Positions 1 to 12,582 of a stretch of DNA of 64,000 nt are shown one piece after another. The notes below the pieces were generated by a model. It did not search any database, was not told where the DNA came from, and saw only the letters and a program-made list of their open reading frames with translations. Position numbers and translations under genes: made by a program. The DNA lies in contig CAVTUQ010000014.1 in assembly GCA_963737905.1 (NCBI GenBank), positions 96,001 through 160,000 on the forward strand, given 5' to 3'. The stretch is from an uncultured delta proteobacterium (GTDB lineage Bacteria > Desulfobacterota > Binatia > UBA9968). The number at the start of each line of letters is the position of its first letter. The stretch's first letter is position 1.

Positions 1-1780
<1,780 letters not shown>

Positions 1781-1985
1781 GGTCTCCTCATCTGCAAAAA
1801 TAGCCTAAGGGCAAATACTTTCCCACCCCTAGGCTATTTCCGTGTAAAATATTTAAAACTCGTTGAAATCTAGCCGATTACCTATTGTGAGTCAAGGTAC
1901 TTCGGCTGCCAAATTCGTGCAAACGACAAGCTTGGCAGCGAACAGCTCCGGACATTGTGCTCGGGCTCATTCACTTAGCGATGCT

Positions 1986-2684
1986 ATGAATAAGAAAGTA
2001 TTTGGAACTGCCCTAGTCACCATCTTTTCCGCTCTTATCTTTAGCGAAGCCGTCGCCGGATCGATTACCGGAGAGGTCAAGTTTACCGATGATCCGCTTA
2101 CGATGCCGGCCATCAAAGTCAGTAAAGATCAAGATTATTGCGGCGAGACCCTGCCTAACGAGACCTACCTCGTTGGCTCGGAAGGTGGGCTCAAAAACGT
2201 CGTTGTATTCATTGAGACTGCAGCAAGCTACGCGGCAGGAGACCCGCAAAAGGAAAATATTCTTAGTAATACCGGTTGTCGTTACTCTCCCCGAATTCTA
2301 GCGATGCAAAAAGGAGAGAAACTCCAAGTAAAAAACAACGATCCAAAGCTGCACATACCTCACTCCTATCGCGAAGATAGGACCGTTTTCAACTTATCGT
2401 TGCCTTTCAAGGGCACCACGATCGACGCCACCCCAAGGATCAGACAAGCAGGAGTCCTCAAAGTCGTGTGCGATACACACGCGTGGATGCTGGCCTACAT
2501 TCATATCTTCGATCACCCCTATTTCGCCGTGACCGACGAGCGCGGAATGTTTACCATTTCCAACCTTGCCGCCGGCAGCTACGTCCTCAAGGCCTGGCAC
2601 GAAGACGCGGGAGTTAGAAGCCAAGAAATTACCGTCCCCGAAGATGGAGATGTCCGAACCGTTTTTGAGTTTACAAAGAGATAA
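1986..2684 (+). CDS. Secreted cupredoxin-like / carboxypeptidase-regulatory-like domain protein
   Basis: Signal peptide, GLKNVVVFI, HIPH...CDTHAWM, HPYFAVTDERGMFTISNL..G.Y.L.AWHE. Confidence 0.75.
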   Translation: MNKKVFGTALVTIFSALIFSEAVAGSITGEVKFTDDPLTMPAIKVSKDQDYCGETLPNETYLVGSEGGLKNVVVFIETAASYAAGDPQKENILSNTGCRYSPRILAMQKGEKLQVKNNDPKLHIPHSYREDRTVFNLSLPFKGTTIDATPRIRQAGVLKVVCDTHAWMLAYIHIFDHPYFAVTDERGMFTISNLAAGSYVLKAWHEDAGVRSQEITVPEDGDVRTVFEFTKR

Positions 2685-2964
2685 TCAGGTCTTTCATAAT
2701 GGACTCGCAGATTAATGAGTATTCAGGAGCTTTGGTCCCAGATTACCTAGGAACTGTAGACAAAGTTGCCAGCCAGTAGACGGCGTCTACACCAATAAAT
2801 AATAATGCTTTTCAGATAGTTAGATGCATTTACTTGAAAGCTGACGCTGACGGTGAAGCATTCGGATGTTCATCATCTTGCGAGGACATTTTCTTAAGTT
2901 GGATCGTTAAAAAATAACTCCGTTACTTCAATAACTTATTGTAAATCAGAAAAATATGATCAAT

Positions 2965-2980
2965 TGGCATAACGGTTGCT
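2965..2980 (+). promoter_or_regulatory. sigma54 (-24/-12) promoter
   Basis: TGGCATAACGGTTGCT = GG-N10-GC upstream of the receiver gene at 3054. Confidence 0.65.
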
Positions 2981-3053
2981 CAAGGGGAACTACAGATTCA
3001 CTACCGAAAGAGGACGAAAATGGGAAAAGTAATCGAGATTTTTTTACACGCCC

Positions 3054-3488
3054 ATGGGTGGAACTTCCATGGGCAGTGAAATGATTCTTTTCGTGGAGGA
3101 CGAAACGCAGCAGCTAAAGTACATGCAGCGGCTGCTTGAGCGAGAAGGGTACAGGGTGCTGGGGGCCCAAGACGGCATTGAGGCGGTGGAATTATATCGG
3201 CGTTACAGCAACGAGATCGATCTCGTTGTCCTGGACTTGAGACTGCCGAAGTTAAGCGGATGGGACGCCTTTCAGGAAATGAAAAGAGAGGATCCACAAC
3301 TGAAAGCACTCGTCGCCAGCGCCTATGTTACACCGGAAGTAAAATCGGCGATAGAAAGCGGAGAGCTGCTCGGTCTGTTTGTCAAACCCTATTCGATGGA
3401 GACTTTTCTCACGAGAATTTCGGACGCCATTCGCAAACCGTCTGAATTGCGCAAAGAGTGCAGTCGGGGATGGCGAGAGAGATCTTAG
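3054..3488 (+). CDS. Stand-alone response regulator receiver protein
   Basis: ILFVEDE, LVVLDLRLPKLSG, ASAY, FVKPY. Confidence 0.9.
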   Translation: MGGTSMGSEMILFVEDETQQLKYMQRLLEREGYRVLGAQDGIEAVELYRRYSNEIDLVVLDLRLPKLSGWDAFQEMKREDPQLKALVASAYVTPEVKSAIESGELLGLFVKPYSMETFLTRISDAIRKPSELRKECSRGWRERS

Positions 3489-3508
3489 GGTGCCGCGGGC
3501 AGCTCACT

Positions 3509-3745
3509 CTAGCGACCTGCCACCCGCTGTATTAGCTCTCTTGTCACCTGATCGGCAAGCTGATTCAAAGCTGTCTGTGTGAGGTCGGTCCTGTGAGGAG
3601 ATTGGGTGACCTCGATTTCTCTGAGTTGGTCGTAGGACTCCATATCTTTCAGATGGACAACAGCCAGGATGCTTTCGGGATTTTCGCTCCTCCCCACGTC
3701 CTGAGTAACAAACGTTTCGAACCCTTTGCGCATCACAGTCGCCAT
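3509..3745 (-). CDS. Small hypothetical protein
   Basis: ORF with GGAG before the ATG at 3745; sigma54-like site CGGCCCCGCGCTTGCT at 3901-3916 (-). Confidence 0.45.
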   Translation of the reverse strand: MATVMRKGFETFVTQDVGRSENPESILAVVHLKDMESYDQLREIEVTQSPHRTDLTQTALNQLADQVTRELIQRVAGR

Positions 3746-4213
3746 CTCCGGTTCAAGAGAGAATAGAGACCTCGGATGGCCACATACGTGGTTATCACTG
3801 AGAAAACTTGCGCCCTTAGAGACTGATAGTCGGGCTTTTTCCCTCTTAGTGTAAAGAATCTTAGCACATTCGTTAGGCCACTGAGTGGCTACCAAGAGAT
3901 AGCAAGCGCGGGGCCGTTACAGATTCCAATGTGGAGCTATGTCAAGAACCGCAGAAACACCCAACCGTTCTATCGTGGCAGGTATAAGAATACCCGAAGC
4001 TATAGATAATGGTTGAACGATGGGTGATTTAGCCCGCGAATGTCACGGCCTATCCTGCAGAACGATCTAGCAGTAGATTCATCATTCAGCACTGTAAGAC
4101 ATTTCACAACTGGCGCGTGTTTCATTTGGGAGACCACAATCGAAATCCCTTGCACCAAAGCCTCTTCGACTCTTCACGTCCACGCATTCGAGTTTCTAAT
4201 GTTCCTCAGAATA

Positions 4214-4618
4214 TCAGATCGAAGGCGTCACAGCATTCACAGGAATGAGTGATTGATCGGTAAATTCCTCGATTGTCTCTTTTAATATCTGTGATGAGAC
4301 CGGTTTCAGTAAATACGTTTTGATACCCGCTTTCGAAGCCTTTTCCCGCCAAAGTTCAGACATCCACGCCGTAAGCGCGACGATAGGAATGTGAGAGGTT
4401 TTGGGATTCTGTTTAAGCAGCGCGCTTGTTTTGATTCCGTCAACGTCCGGCAGCTTCAAATCCATAAAAATGAGGGCCGGCTTCTCGGCCTTCGCAAATG
4501 CAATGGCGTCTTTGCTGTTCTGGGCCGTTATCACGTGATATCCGATTTTTGTTAGCAACAAACCCAGGATCTCGCGGCAGTCATGGTGATCTTCGACAAT
4601 GAGAATTTTCTTTTTCAT
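4214..4618 (-). CDS. Stand-alone receiver protein (DivK-like)
   Basis: KILIVEDH, IFMDLKLPDVDG, IPIVALTA, YLLKPV. Confidence 0.9.
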   Translation of the reverse strand: MKKKILIVEDHHDCREILGLLLTKIGYHVITAQNSKDAIAFAKAEKPALIFMDLKLPDVDGIKTSALLKQNPKTSHIPIVALTAWMSELWREKASKAGIKTYLLKPVSSQILKETIEEFTDQSLIPVNAVTPSI

Positions 4619-4861
4619 GTACGTTCCATTTATATTTGCGGCTGCTGTTCCATTATTCAGGAATGCTGAACATAAAACCGTTTTAGGAAATAGCACAAGA
4701 TTCGTCTGATGGGAAGGGAATTCGAGCCCTTTACCCGTCCTGGCCAGTTGTCTTTGCCACCTGCTCTTCTTGCGCCGGCAATCCTAGCCGTGAATAGCCC
4801 GCCGGCTCTTGGAGAGCCGCGCGAAATCGTATACTTTCATGGGCTCGATGACATATACAGT

Positions 4862-6748
4862 ATGGACGCAGCGCACACGTTTCTACCGCTTCTGATCGTC
4901 TTATTGATCGCTTTTGTCGTGCCGATCTTACTATCGCGGCTAAAGCGCGTGTCGATTCCAATCGTTGTCGGCGAAATCCTTGCGGGGATGGTAGTAGGTC
5001 GCAGCGGCATCGCGGTGGTCCCGCCGGGCGATCCGCTGCTAATCATGCTCGCCGATTTTGGCATCGTATTCTTGATGTTCTTGTCTGGAATGGAGATCGA
5101 TTTTCACAGCCTGCGCTCCCGCGTGCCGTCAACCGATCCCCGCGGCGGCCGCGGCCTCGGCGTATTACCCATCGCATTGTTACATTTCGGGCTCACCTTG
5201 GTGCTGGCCGGCGCCGCGGCCTACGTTTTGGTCCGCTTCGGATTGGCTAACAATATTTGGATCGTCGCTCTTATCTTGTCGACGACCTCGCTGGGTGTCG
5301 TCGTTCCGGTACTCAAGGAGGCCAATCTCATCACCCAACGCCTTGGCCAGTGTATCTTGGTGACCGCCGTCATCGCCGACTTCGTGACCATGCTCCTGAT
5401 CACCGTCGCGGTGGCGATTCTTTCCCATGGACTGACTTCCGACATTTTGCTCATCGTCTTGCTGTTCGTGGCCTTTGTCTTGATGTATCGCTTCGGCACG
5501 ATCTTCAACAAAGTCCCGGCGTTGCGGCGCACCATCGAAGAACTGAGCCACGCCACCGCCCAGATCAAAGTGCGCGCGGCGTTTACCGTTATGCTCGCCT
5601 TTATCGCGCTCTCCGAGACGCTGGGCTCCGAAGTCATACTCGGCGCCTTTTTGGCCGGCGCGACAATCGGCCTCTTGCGCACCGTGCAGGATGCTGAGCT
5701 CGCCCATCAACTGGAAGCGATCGGTTACGGGTTTTTCATACCGATATTTTTCGTCAAAGTCGGTGTCGAGTTCAATTTGCCGGTCCTTTTGGCGTCGCCG
5801 GGTGCTCTGCTGTTGGTTCCCTTTCTCCTGATGGGCGCAATTCTGGTAAAAGTGATTCCGGCGCTGACCTTCGTGGTAAATTTTTCGCTCCGGGAATCCC
5901 TGGCGGCCGGCATCATACTGTCGGCACGTTTATCGCTGATCATCGCCGCCGCAGCTATCGGCAAGCGCCTCGGCGTGATCGGCGAATCGGTGAATGCGGC
6001 GATTATTCTGGTCGCAGTCGTCACGGTCACGGTGGCCCCGTTGATTTTCGTCCGACTGATACCGGGCACCCGACGCTCCCAACTCCGGCGCATCATCGTC
6101 GCCGGCGCCGAAGAGTTGGGGTTGGAGGTGGCGGCGCGGCTCAAAGCCCACCTCGAACCGCTCTTGCTGGTCGATATGGACGCGGAGCGGATCGCGCGCG
6201 CGTCGAGCAAAGGCTTCGATGCTTTGTGTTGTTCCGTCGAACACGAAGACCGGCATATGAGAACCGTTTGCGAATCCTCGCGCGCGTTGGTGTGCACCTA
6301 CGAGGATCCTGAGTTGGCCTATCGCGTGTGCGAGTTAGCCAAGAATGTTTACAAGGTTCCCCATGTCGTCGCTCAGGTGACCGATCCGAGCGCGCGAGAC
6401 CGCTTTGACTCTCTTGGGATTACGACCATGAATGCCGCTCTCGATGGACCTGCGCTGCTAACTCTGCTCACGCGCACGCCGGCCCTTTACGCCTTGCTTT
6501 CGCGCACCGACGACGACAAAGAAGTGTGCGAAGTCGTGGTGACGAATACCCGAGACTTGGACAAGCCGTTGCGGCAATTGGAGCTTTCCGGTGGATTGCT
6601 GGCCTTGGCGATCCGAAGGGACGGCGAGCTGTTGGTGCCGCACGGCAACACCAGGCTCTGCCGCAACGATCGATTGACGTTGGTGGGCTCCATCGAAGAT
6701 ATCGAGCTTGCCAAGCAACGGTTCGCTGAACGCGAGGAGAGCAAATAA
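4862..6748 (+). CDS. CPA2 cation:proton antiporter with TrkA-N and TrkA-C (RCK) domains
   Basis: Many TM helices, FLMFLSGMEID, LSTTSLGVVVPVLKE, GFFIPIFFV; C-terminal LAIRRDGELLVPHGNTRL. Confidence 0.9.
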   Translation: MDAAHTFLPLLIVLLIAFVVPILLSRLKRVSIPIVVGEILAGMVVGRSGIAVVPPGDPLLIMLADFGIVFLMFLSGMEIDFHSLRSRVPSTDPRGGRGLGVLPIALLHFGLTLVLAGAAAYVLVRFGLANNIWIVALILSTTSLGVVVPVLKEANLITQRLGQCILVTAVIADFVTMLLITVAVAILSHGLTSDILLIVLLFVAFVLMYRFGTIFNKVPALRRTIEELSHATAQIKVRAAFTVMLAFIALSETLGSEVILGAFLAGATIGLLRTVQDAELAHQLEAIGYGFFIPIFFVKVGVEFNLPVLLASPGALLLVPFLLMGAILVKVIPALTFVVNFSLRESLAAGIILSARLSLIIAAAAIGKRLGVIGESVNAAIILVAVVTVTVAPLIFVRLIPGTRRSQLRRIIVAGAEELGLEVAARLKAHLEPLLLVDMDAERIARASSKGFDALCCSVEHEDRHMRTVCESSRALVCTYEDPELAYRVCELAKNVYKVPHVVAQVTDPSARDRFDSLGITTMNAALDGPALLTLLTRTPALYALLSRTDDDKEVCEVVVTNTRDLDKPLRQLELSGGLLALAIRRDGELLVPHGNTRLCRNDRLTLVGSIEDIELAKQRFAEREESK

Positions 6749-6952
6749 TCCGCCTGACGGTTGGAGAACAGTCGGTCTCGAAAATATTTCGCTTATCTCC
6801 GACACGGCGGAATGCAGCTCCGCGGTGAAATTATTTGCGACAAGCATTGGGAACCTGTGGGCTTTGCTCACTTCAGACAAGTTTGACACGAAATAACGCG
6901 CCTCGATCCAGGCTGTTGTGGTTGTTTTGGAATTCAGAGTATAGAGAAAGAA

Positions 6953-8089
6953 ATGAGTACCGGCATGAAATCTTCGATGCCAAGACAGGCGGCAATTGCG
7001 ATCAATGATCTTTTGGATGCTTGTGCTGAAATCAAACCCGGCCAGCAAGTATTAATTGTTGCGGCATCAGACGGGCTAACTGGGGGACATAATCTTGTCG
7101 ACGAAGCGACCATTGCCTGGATTCAGGCGGCTGTGCAACAGCGCAGAGCCTATCCCTCCGTGTTGTGGGTCGATGTTCCAAGTCGGGTTCATGAATGGCG
7201 AGTTCCGCCGATAGTTAAAGCCGCGTTGGGCGGTACGGATGTGATGATAAATCACGCTTTTGACTTGCCCTTTGAAGAGCTGTACGAGTTCCGTGACGTG
7301 GTTGCCGAAAATCACGTAGTGATGGTCCGAAACATGGCGACCACGGTAAATTTGCTTGCAAGCGATTGGGCTCAAACCCCCTATGAGTTGGTTTCGGCAA
7401 TTCGGATTCGCACCGCTCAGACATTTTCGGAAGGACTCCCATGGCTTTTGACTCATCCGAATGGCACGCATTTGACCGGCAAAATTAGTCCCCCCATACC
7501 GCCTGGGAGGCGCTACGCGGACCGACGGACCGAGGGATTCTATCGTCCCTTCCCCGAGGGCGTATTTAGCCCCATTAACCTGTTGGAAACCGACGGCACT
7601 TTGGTGTTCGACAAAACGTCTCCATGGTGGGCTCGTTATATCGGCGTACCTTGCCATTTTGAGCACCCCGTCCGCTTGACTGTGAAAAAGAATCGCATTC
7701 AAAAGTTTGCCGGTGGTAGCGAAGCGAAGGCGATGGAACGATTCATAGCCGGTATGGCCGAGCGAGTGGGCGAGACGATGTACGACACTTTTGCCCTGCA
7801 CGGTGGGGTCCATCCCCAGGCGAAGATCGCGTCTCACCAATGTTCCAACGATTTTTATCGGGAGTTCATCGAGCATCACCATTCAAGTAACTTACATCTT
7901 CACCTCGGGGTCGTTCCCCCCCAGCACCGAGCCAAGTATCCCTATTTCGTCCACGTAACGGGAGATCTGCAGGGCGCAACTTTACAGGTGGGCGAGCAAA
8001 TCGTCTATCAAGATGGCGGATTAAAGACTCTGGATTTCGACGAGATCAAGTCGATTGCAGCGCGTTATCCCGATAGGCCTGGCCTATAA
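6953..8089 (+). CDS. M29-aminopeptidase-fold / NicX-like metalloenzyme, function unknown
   Basis: IKPGQQVLIV N-terminus, NGTHLTG, FPEG, DGTLVFD, HGGVHP, His-rich C-terminus HLHLG..HVTGDL..ATLQVG. Confidence 0.55.
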   Translation: MSTGMKSSMPRQAAIAINDLLDACAEIKPGQQVLIVAASDGLTGGHNLVDEATIAWIQAAVQQRRAYPSVLWVDVPSRVHEWRVPPIVKAALGGTDVMINHAFDLPFEELYEFRDVVAENHVVMVRNMATTVNLLASDWAQTPYELVSAIRIRTAQTFSEGLPWLLTHPNGTHLTGKISPPIPPGRRYADRRTEGFYRPFPEGVFSPINLLETDGTLVFDKTSPWWARYIGVPCHFEHPVRLTVKKNRIQKFAGGSEAKAMERFIAGMAERVGETMYDTFALHGGVHPQAKIASHQCSNDFYREFIEHHHSSNLHLHLGVVPPQHRAKYPYFVHVTGDLQGATLQVGEQIVYQDGGLKTLDFDEIKSIAARYPDRPGL

Positions 8090-8092
8090 CGA

Positions 8093-9175
8093 ATGGAGCA
8101 AAAAAATCTTTCATTACCACGATGTCAACGCGATTCATCAACGAAGAGAGGGATTAGCATGCAGTTTTCAATTTGCATTCTGAAGATGGAATGGCTCCGT
8201 CCCAACCGGCTGGTCGTGCCCGCAATGATAGTTTTGTTCTGTTTGTTAATCCCTTGGCCGTCGGGTGCCATGGAAAAGGTGATCATCTCTCATTCCGTGC
8301 AATTGTCGGCCACGGTCGCGCCCCTTTTTTATGGAATCCATCGGGGTTTCTTCAAAGATGAGAATATCGATCTCGAATACCGCATTCTAAAGACCGAGCT
8401 TGGCGTGACGGCGATGCTTAACGGTGAAGTGGATTATGTCTACAGCGCCGGAACCGGGATTAGGGCAGCCATGAGAGGTATTCCGATCCGCGTTCTGTCA
8501 TTTGATTTGGACAGACTCACTCACTACCTCATGGGTCGCCCAGAAATTAGATCGGGGGCCGATTTAAAAGGTAAGATCGTGGGAGTAAGCTCGTTCGGGG
8601 CCTCGGCCGATATATCCGCCAGGGCCTGCTTGAGGTCATTGGGTGTAGACTTGAAAAACGATGTGACCATTGTCTCCATGGGGTCGGCATCGATCCGCTA
8701 TAAAGCGCTCAAGAATGGATCGGTTGCGGCTATTCCGGTCCCGCTGCCAGAAAATATTCCTATAAAGAAAGAAGGATTCAATGAGCTGTGCTACGCGGGG
8801 CGGCTTTTTAAAGGAGCCGTTTCAGGTCTCGTAGCTTCGACTCAAAAAATGCAAAACAAGCCCGAACAGGTCAAGGGAATGCTCCGGGGGCTTCTCAAGA
8901 CCTCGCGATCCTTATCGAAAGAGAAGAGCCAGTTTGTGGACTTTCTCGTCTCTCGTATCAAACTTGAGCGTGACGCCGCGGAAGAAACAGCCACCGTATT
9001 GATCGAAAGTCAGACCACGGACGGCATGATTCAGGGAGATGATCTTCAGGCCGTCATCGACGCGGAGAGGCGAATCGCTGAAATAAGAAAACCAATTAAG
9101 CCGTCCGATGTAGTCGACTACAGCTTACTTCGAGGGATTCTCGGCGAGGAGAAGAGCGCCGCGGGTTCGAGATAA
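8093..9175 (+). CDS. ABC-type substrate-binding protein, NMT1/THI5/SsuA family
   Basis: GFFKDENID, AMLNGEVD, DLKGKIVGVSSFGAS, DVVDYSLL; start uncertain. Confidence 0.85.
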   Translation: MEQKNLSLPRCQRDSSTKRGISMQFSICILKMEWLRPNRLVVPAMIVLFCLLIPWPSGAMEKVIISHSVQLSATVAPLFYGIHRGFFKDENIDLEYRILKTELGVTAMLNGEVDYVYSAGTGIRAAMRGIPIRVLSFDLDRLTHYLMGRPEIRSGADLKGKIVGVSSFGASADISARACLRSLGVDLKNDVTIVSMGSASIRYKALKNGSVAAIPVPLPENIPIKKEGFNELCYAGRLFKGAVSGLVASTQKMQNKPEQVKGMLRGLLKTSRSLSKEKSQFVDFLVSRIKLERDAAEETATVLIESQTTDGMIQGDDLQAVIDAERRIAEIRKPIKPSDVVDYSLLRGILGEEKSAAGSR

Positions 9176-9202
9176 CCCGCAGCGGATTCAAGGCCCTGAC
9201 TG

Positions 9203-9931
9203 TCAGACCGCTCGGAGCGTGTACGCACTAGCGGCGCGGTAGGCGCAATCTATCTTGTAAGATGCTGCCGCGCCTTCCAAAGCTGTGCGGTAGGCGGCTG
9301 CATCCGTGATATGGGGAACAATCGCTTCCCATATTGAATCTGCATGATCGACATCTGCTTCGACGTGAACATTGGTGGACGCCAAGCGGTCGCGCTTCAC
9401 GCCTGCTTCGTTGATCAACTTGTCGCGCCATCGCTTGGAGACTCCCCCGCCCGGAACAATATGATCGCTGTTACGCCTTTCAAGAGCATGAAACGCCGTC
9501 AATACACCGAGCCAGGGAAAAGTCGCCGCGATATGCAGCCATCCGTAAAACGCAGATACGATTAGGGGAGGCAATTCATACAGCCTGACGTTTTCCCCCG
9601 TTATTCCGAAAGCGGCGGCTTCTTTAAGCTGTAAAGTTTGATGATCGGAGCCACCCCGAGGGTCGAACGAAAGTTCATCCTTCTCGTGTTCCCAGATGGT
9701 TTTTTTGATCTCGTAGGGCGAGCGCGCCTGCACGTAGCCCCAACAGTCACGTCGATTGACGCCGTAATAGATAGTCAGAATCGCGTTGATGCGCGCCCGC
9801 TCTAGGGTCAAAGGTGTCGAGTAAAGGAGCTGAAATTCCGGAGTTTCGTGCTGCGCAATGGCCATCGTCGTAAGCTCCCGATCCAATTCAACGGCGAGCC
9901 CGCTCTTCACGGTTCGAGTAGACCTAAGCAT
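9203..9931 (-). CDS. Heme-oxygenase-like diiron enzyme (CADD/PqqC/TenA superfamily)
   Basis: Metal-ligand pattern HEKDEL...DH, ALE, HVEADVDH. Confidence 0.75.
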   Translation of the reverse strand: MLRSTRTVKSGLAVELDRELTTMAIAQHETPEFQLLYSTPLTLERARINAILTIYYGVNRRDCWGYVQARSPYEIKKTIWEHEKDELSFDPRGGSDHQTLQLKEAAAFGITGENVRLYELPPLIVSAFYGWLHIAATFPWLGVLTAFHALERRNSDHIVPGGGVSKRWRDKLINEAGVKRDRLASTNVHVEADVDHADSIWEAIVPHITDAAAYRTALEGAAASYKIDCAYRAASAYTLRAV

Positions 9932-10276
9932 GAAAATTCTCCTGTCGACAATCTAACTAAACATACGCGACTCGTATTGTGGCGTGTCTCATGACACTGG
10001 CGGAATCTTTTATCTCATCTGAAACTGCTCTTCTTTTGTATCTAGCAACCTGCACTATGTCAAAGCCTCCCAGTCGAAGCGTCGCGCGTTGGAACTTGGC
10101 ACTCCGGCAGCTTTTTATAAAAGCGTTGCTAATCGTGCGTATCCACCCTACTCCGATACTTAGTCTGTCCAGTTCGGATGTCGCCCTAGTCCAACTGAAA
10201 TCTAGAGCTTTCGATCAAGCTATCAAACATGCTATAGGGAAGCGTTTTCAATGGTCGGAGTTCTACAAGGGCGGCT

Positions 10277-10630
10277 ATGCCAAAAAAGATCCTCGTGGTT
10301 GATAACGAACTTCACAGTCGGAAACTCATTGCTCATTTCTTGAACGAGGAAAGCTACGAGGTGGACGAAGCCGACGATGGTGTAAGCGCGCTCGAGTTAC
10401 TGGCAACGAAGGACTTTGATCTCATGATTTGCGATGTGGTAATGCCTCGCCTTAGCGCATTCGAAGTCATCCATCGCATGAAGTCGCGGTTGCTATCGAC
10501 TTCAATCATACTCATCACAGGTCATCCCTATTTGCTTGCAGAACAAGGGCTCGGAGCCTTACCGTGTTTTACGAAGCCTTTTAACATGTATGATCTGTTA
10601 CACAAGGTAAAAGAAATATTAAGTAAATGA
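10277..10630 (+). CDS. Stand-alone receiver protein
   Basis: KILVVDNE, DLMICDVVMP, ILITG, FTKPF. Confidence 0.9.
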   Translation: MPKKILVVDNELHSRKLIAHFLNEESYEVDEADDGVSALELLATKDFDLMICDVVMPRLSAFEVIHRMKSRLLSTSIILITGHPYLLAEQGLGALPCFTKPFNMYDLLHKVKEILSK

Positions 10631-10824
10631 ATCCTTGTCATCGACAAAGGGCGACGCGAAAAATAATTACCTAAGGCTATTCTAGGTGGATCGCTGGGAT
10701 GTCCCCATTCGCTAGGGAAGCCGATTCTCATTTGCTTGCCGTGTGGCGCCGCATTTGGCGCATGGGTTGTCCTCAAAAAACCTTTTTGGGACACCGGTAT
10801 TTACCGGTCTAGGTTTTGACTCTC

Positions 10825-11028
10825 TCATCTGGGCGTGGCGCGGGAGAGCTTCCATAGCCAGAGGCTCAAGCCACCTAATATTACGAACGCAAGCACGCTT
10901 GGCCAGAGCGGCATCTGGTGTCCAGCAACAAGCACCTCGGGTTGTATCACCAAGCGCAACAACTGCGCTAAGCTCATCAGTCCGAAAATGATGCTTGCGA
11001 CTCGCAATCCCAGGATTTGTGAGTTCAT
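10825..11028 (-). CDS. Small two-TM membrane protein
   Basis: AGGAG RBS; two hydrophobic helices. Confidence 0.7.
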   Translation of the reverse strand: MNSQILGLRVASIIFGLMSLAQLLRLVIQPEVLVAGHQMPLWPSVLAFVILGGLSLWLWKLSRATPR

Positions 11029-11593
11029 GCTCCTGTCCTTTCGCTTGTTTCGAGGACGTGCAGTCGTCGCCTAACCACCGCCTCCCGGACCCCGCCCGGC
11101 ATGTGGTCCCCGCAGGCCCGTCGCCGGAGGTCCATTGTCGATTTGGTGCTCCCCCGAACGACTAGAGTCGAGAGCCAGCAGACCAATCCGCGAGAGCGAT
11201 TCCCGTCGTAATCATAGGTATTGAAGGATGTTCGGAAAACCAAACGTGTCCTGAAACCACTTGATGAAAAAGAAGCAAACCTCTTGTAAGAACTAGAAGC
11301 CGATACTAAGAAAAGGCGTTATATGAATGAGTTTTTATTGCTTGCCGTAATACTGATCTATGTCGCCATTCGTTACTGACCGACGCCCAACCCTGGCAAT
11401 GCTTCGCGCCATAGCTGACCCACAACATCCTGGGCGTCTTTGCAGCGTCCTCACCTTGGCCGCACAAGAAACCGCCCTCTCGTGCGGCCGCCGGTGTCAC
11501 GCTTTCCTAGATTTTAGCTTGAGGAATGTTTCTCCTAAAGCCTAATTGCCCGACCGAAATTCACAACAATCGGTCAGGCAGCTTGGTCGTCAG

Positions 11594-11791
11594 CTAATTC
11601 AACTTACTTTTGTGAGGAACTTGGTACCATTTCGCAAGACGTAGCCGCTGTTGAAAATAAGTACCCTTGGGCCACTTCCAGTTCTGGCGCGGCAGATGCT
11701 CGCCGCGGTAAGCTGCTCCGTTCACTTTGCTCTGTAAAAACACGAGCTGCCAAAAGCTAGGTTTTTCCAAATTCCTTTCATGGGTTTTCAT
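11594..11791 (-). CDS. Small basic hypothetical protein
   Basis: AGGAG RBS; sigma54 site TGGCATCGGCGTTGCC at 11847-11862 (-). Confidence 0.55.
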   Translation of the reverse strand: MKTHERNLEKPSFWQLVFLQSKVNGAAYRGEHLPRQNWKWPKGTYFQQRLRLAKWYQVPHKSKLN

Positions 11792-12165
11792 TTGCTTTCT
11801 CCTTTCAGCCAACTCCATTGATGAGGGACTTCAGGCAGTAGACCATGGCAACGCCGATGCCATTAGGCAATTAGCAAGCTTTTGGAAGGTTTTGGAGCTT
11901 CTGGTTAGACAGGGACGCTCAAAGGTTTGCGCGTGAAGGATTCTCCTACATCGCCTGAGAGTAAAGTTAAGACACTCCACCGAGCCGATGTAAGCACACC
12001 TCATTCGCGAATTGCCGCAACCGCAAGCCAGAGGCTTTGTGAATCCAAAACCTTGGAGGCTCGGCGATACAGACAGTTTTTCAGTTTTTCTGGGGCAACT
12101 AAGATCTAAGATTTGCAAGGGGGGAGAAAACGAGAGAAGACGCACGCCCTTTAGGCTGATGAGGA

Positions 12166-12197
12166 CTCAGCCAGAGGCTGATCAGCCGTCGGCTGAG
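12166..12197. repeat. REP-like near-perfect palindrome
   Basis: CTCAGCCagaGGCTGATCAGCCgtcGGCTGAG. Confidence 0.6.
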
Positions 12198-12582
12198 ACC
12201 GGTGCGGACCAATCCGACACCGATTGATTAAGACAGGGGCGCGTAACTAAAGATTACGGACCAGGCGAGTTGAAAGAGAGGAAGGAATTTATTTCTTACG
12301 AAGCATCGTTGCTTCTCGACCTGCCTTTAATGGGCGATCCCCTGTGCTCGCTTTCACAAATGAAAAGTAGCCTCTCCCCTTTATTCCCCTCTGGCCATTC
12401 ACCATGGTTACTAGGGGCATAAAGTATAGACTCAGGCCTGAACATCCCGCTGGGAATTTCAAGCGGATGATGGTTCGATTACGTGCTCTGACCCTAAGTC
12501 CTATGCTTTATTGCGCTCTCGGGGTTTTGCCCTGAACCCTTCTCAATCAAAAAGTTTCGCCAGTGCGTCAGTCTCCGCACGG

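Noticed and set aside
11028-11075. Integron-cassette-like start (GTTAGGC upstream of the small membrane gene on -)
   Set aside because: No matching RYYYAAC/attC hairpin after the stop, no integrase and no array
12235-12300. tRNA-like 5' end GGGGCGCGTAACT
   Set aside because: No cloverleaf, T-loop or CCA; no tRNA or rRNA found in the window
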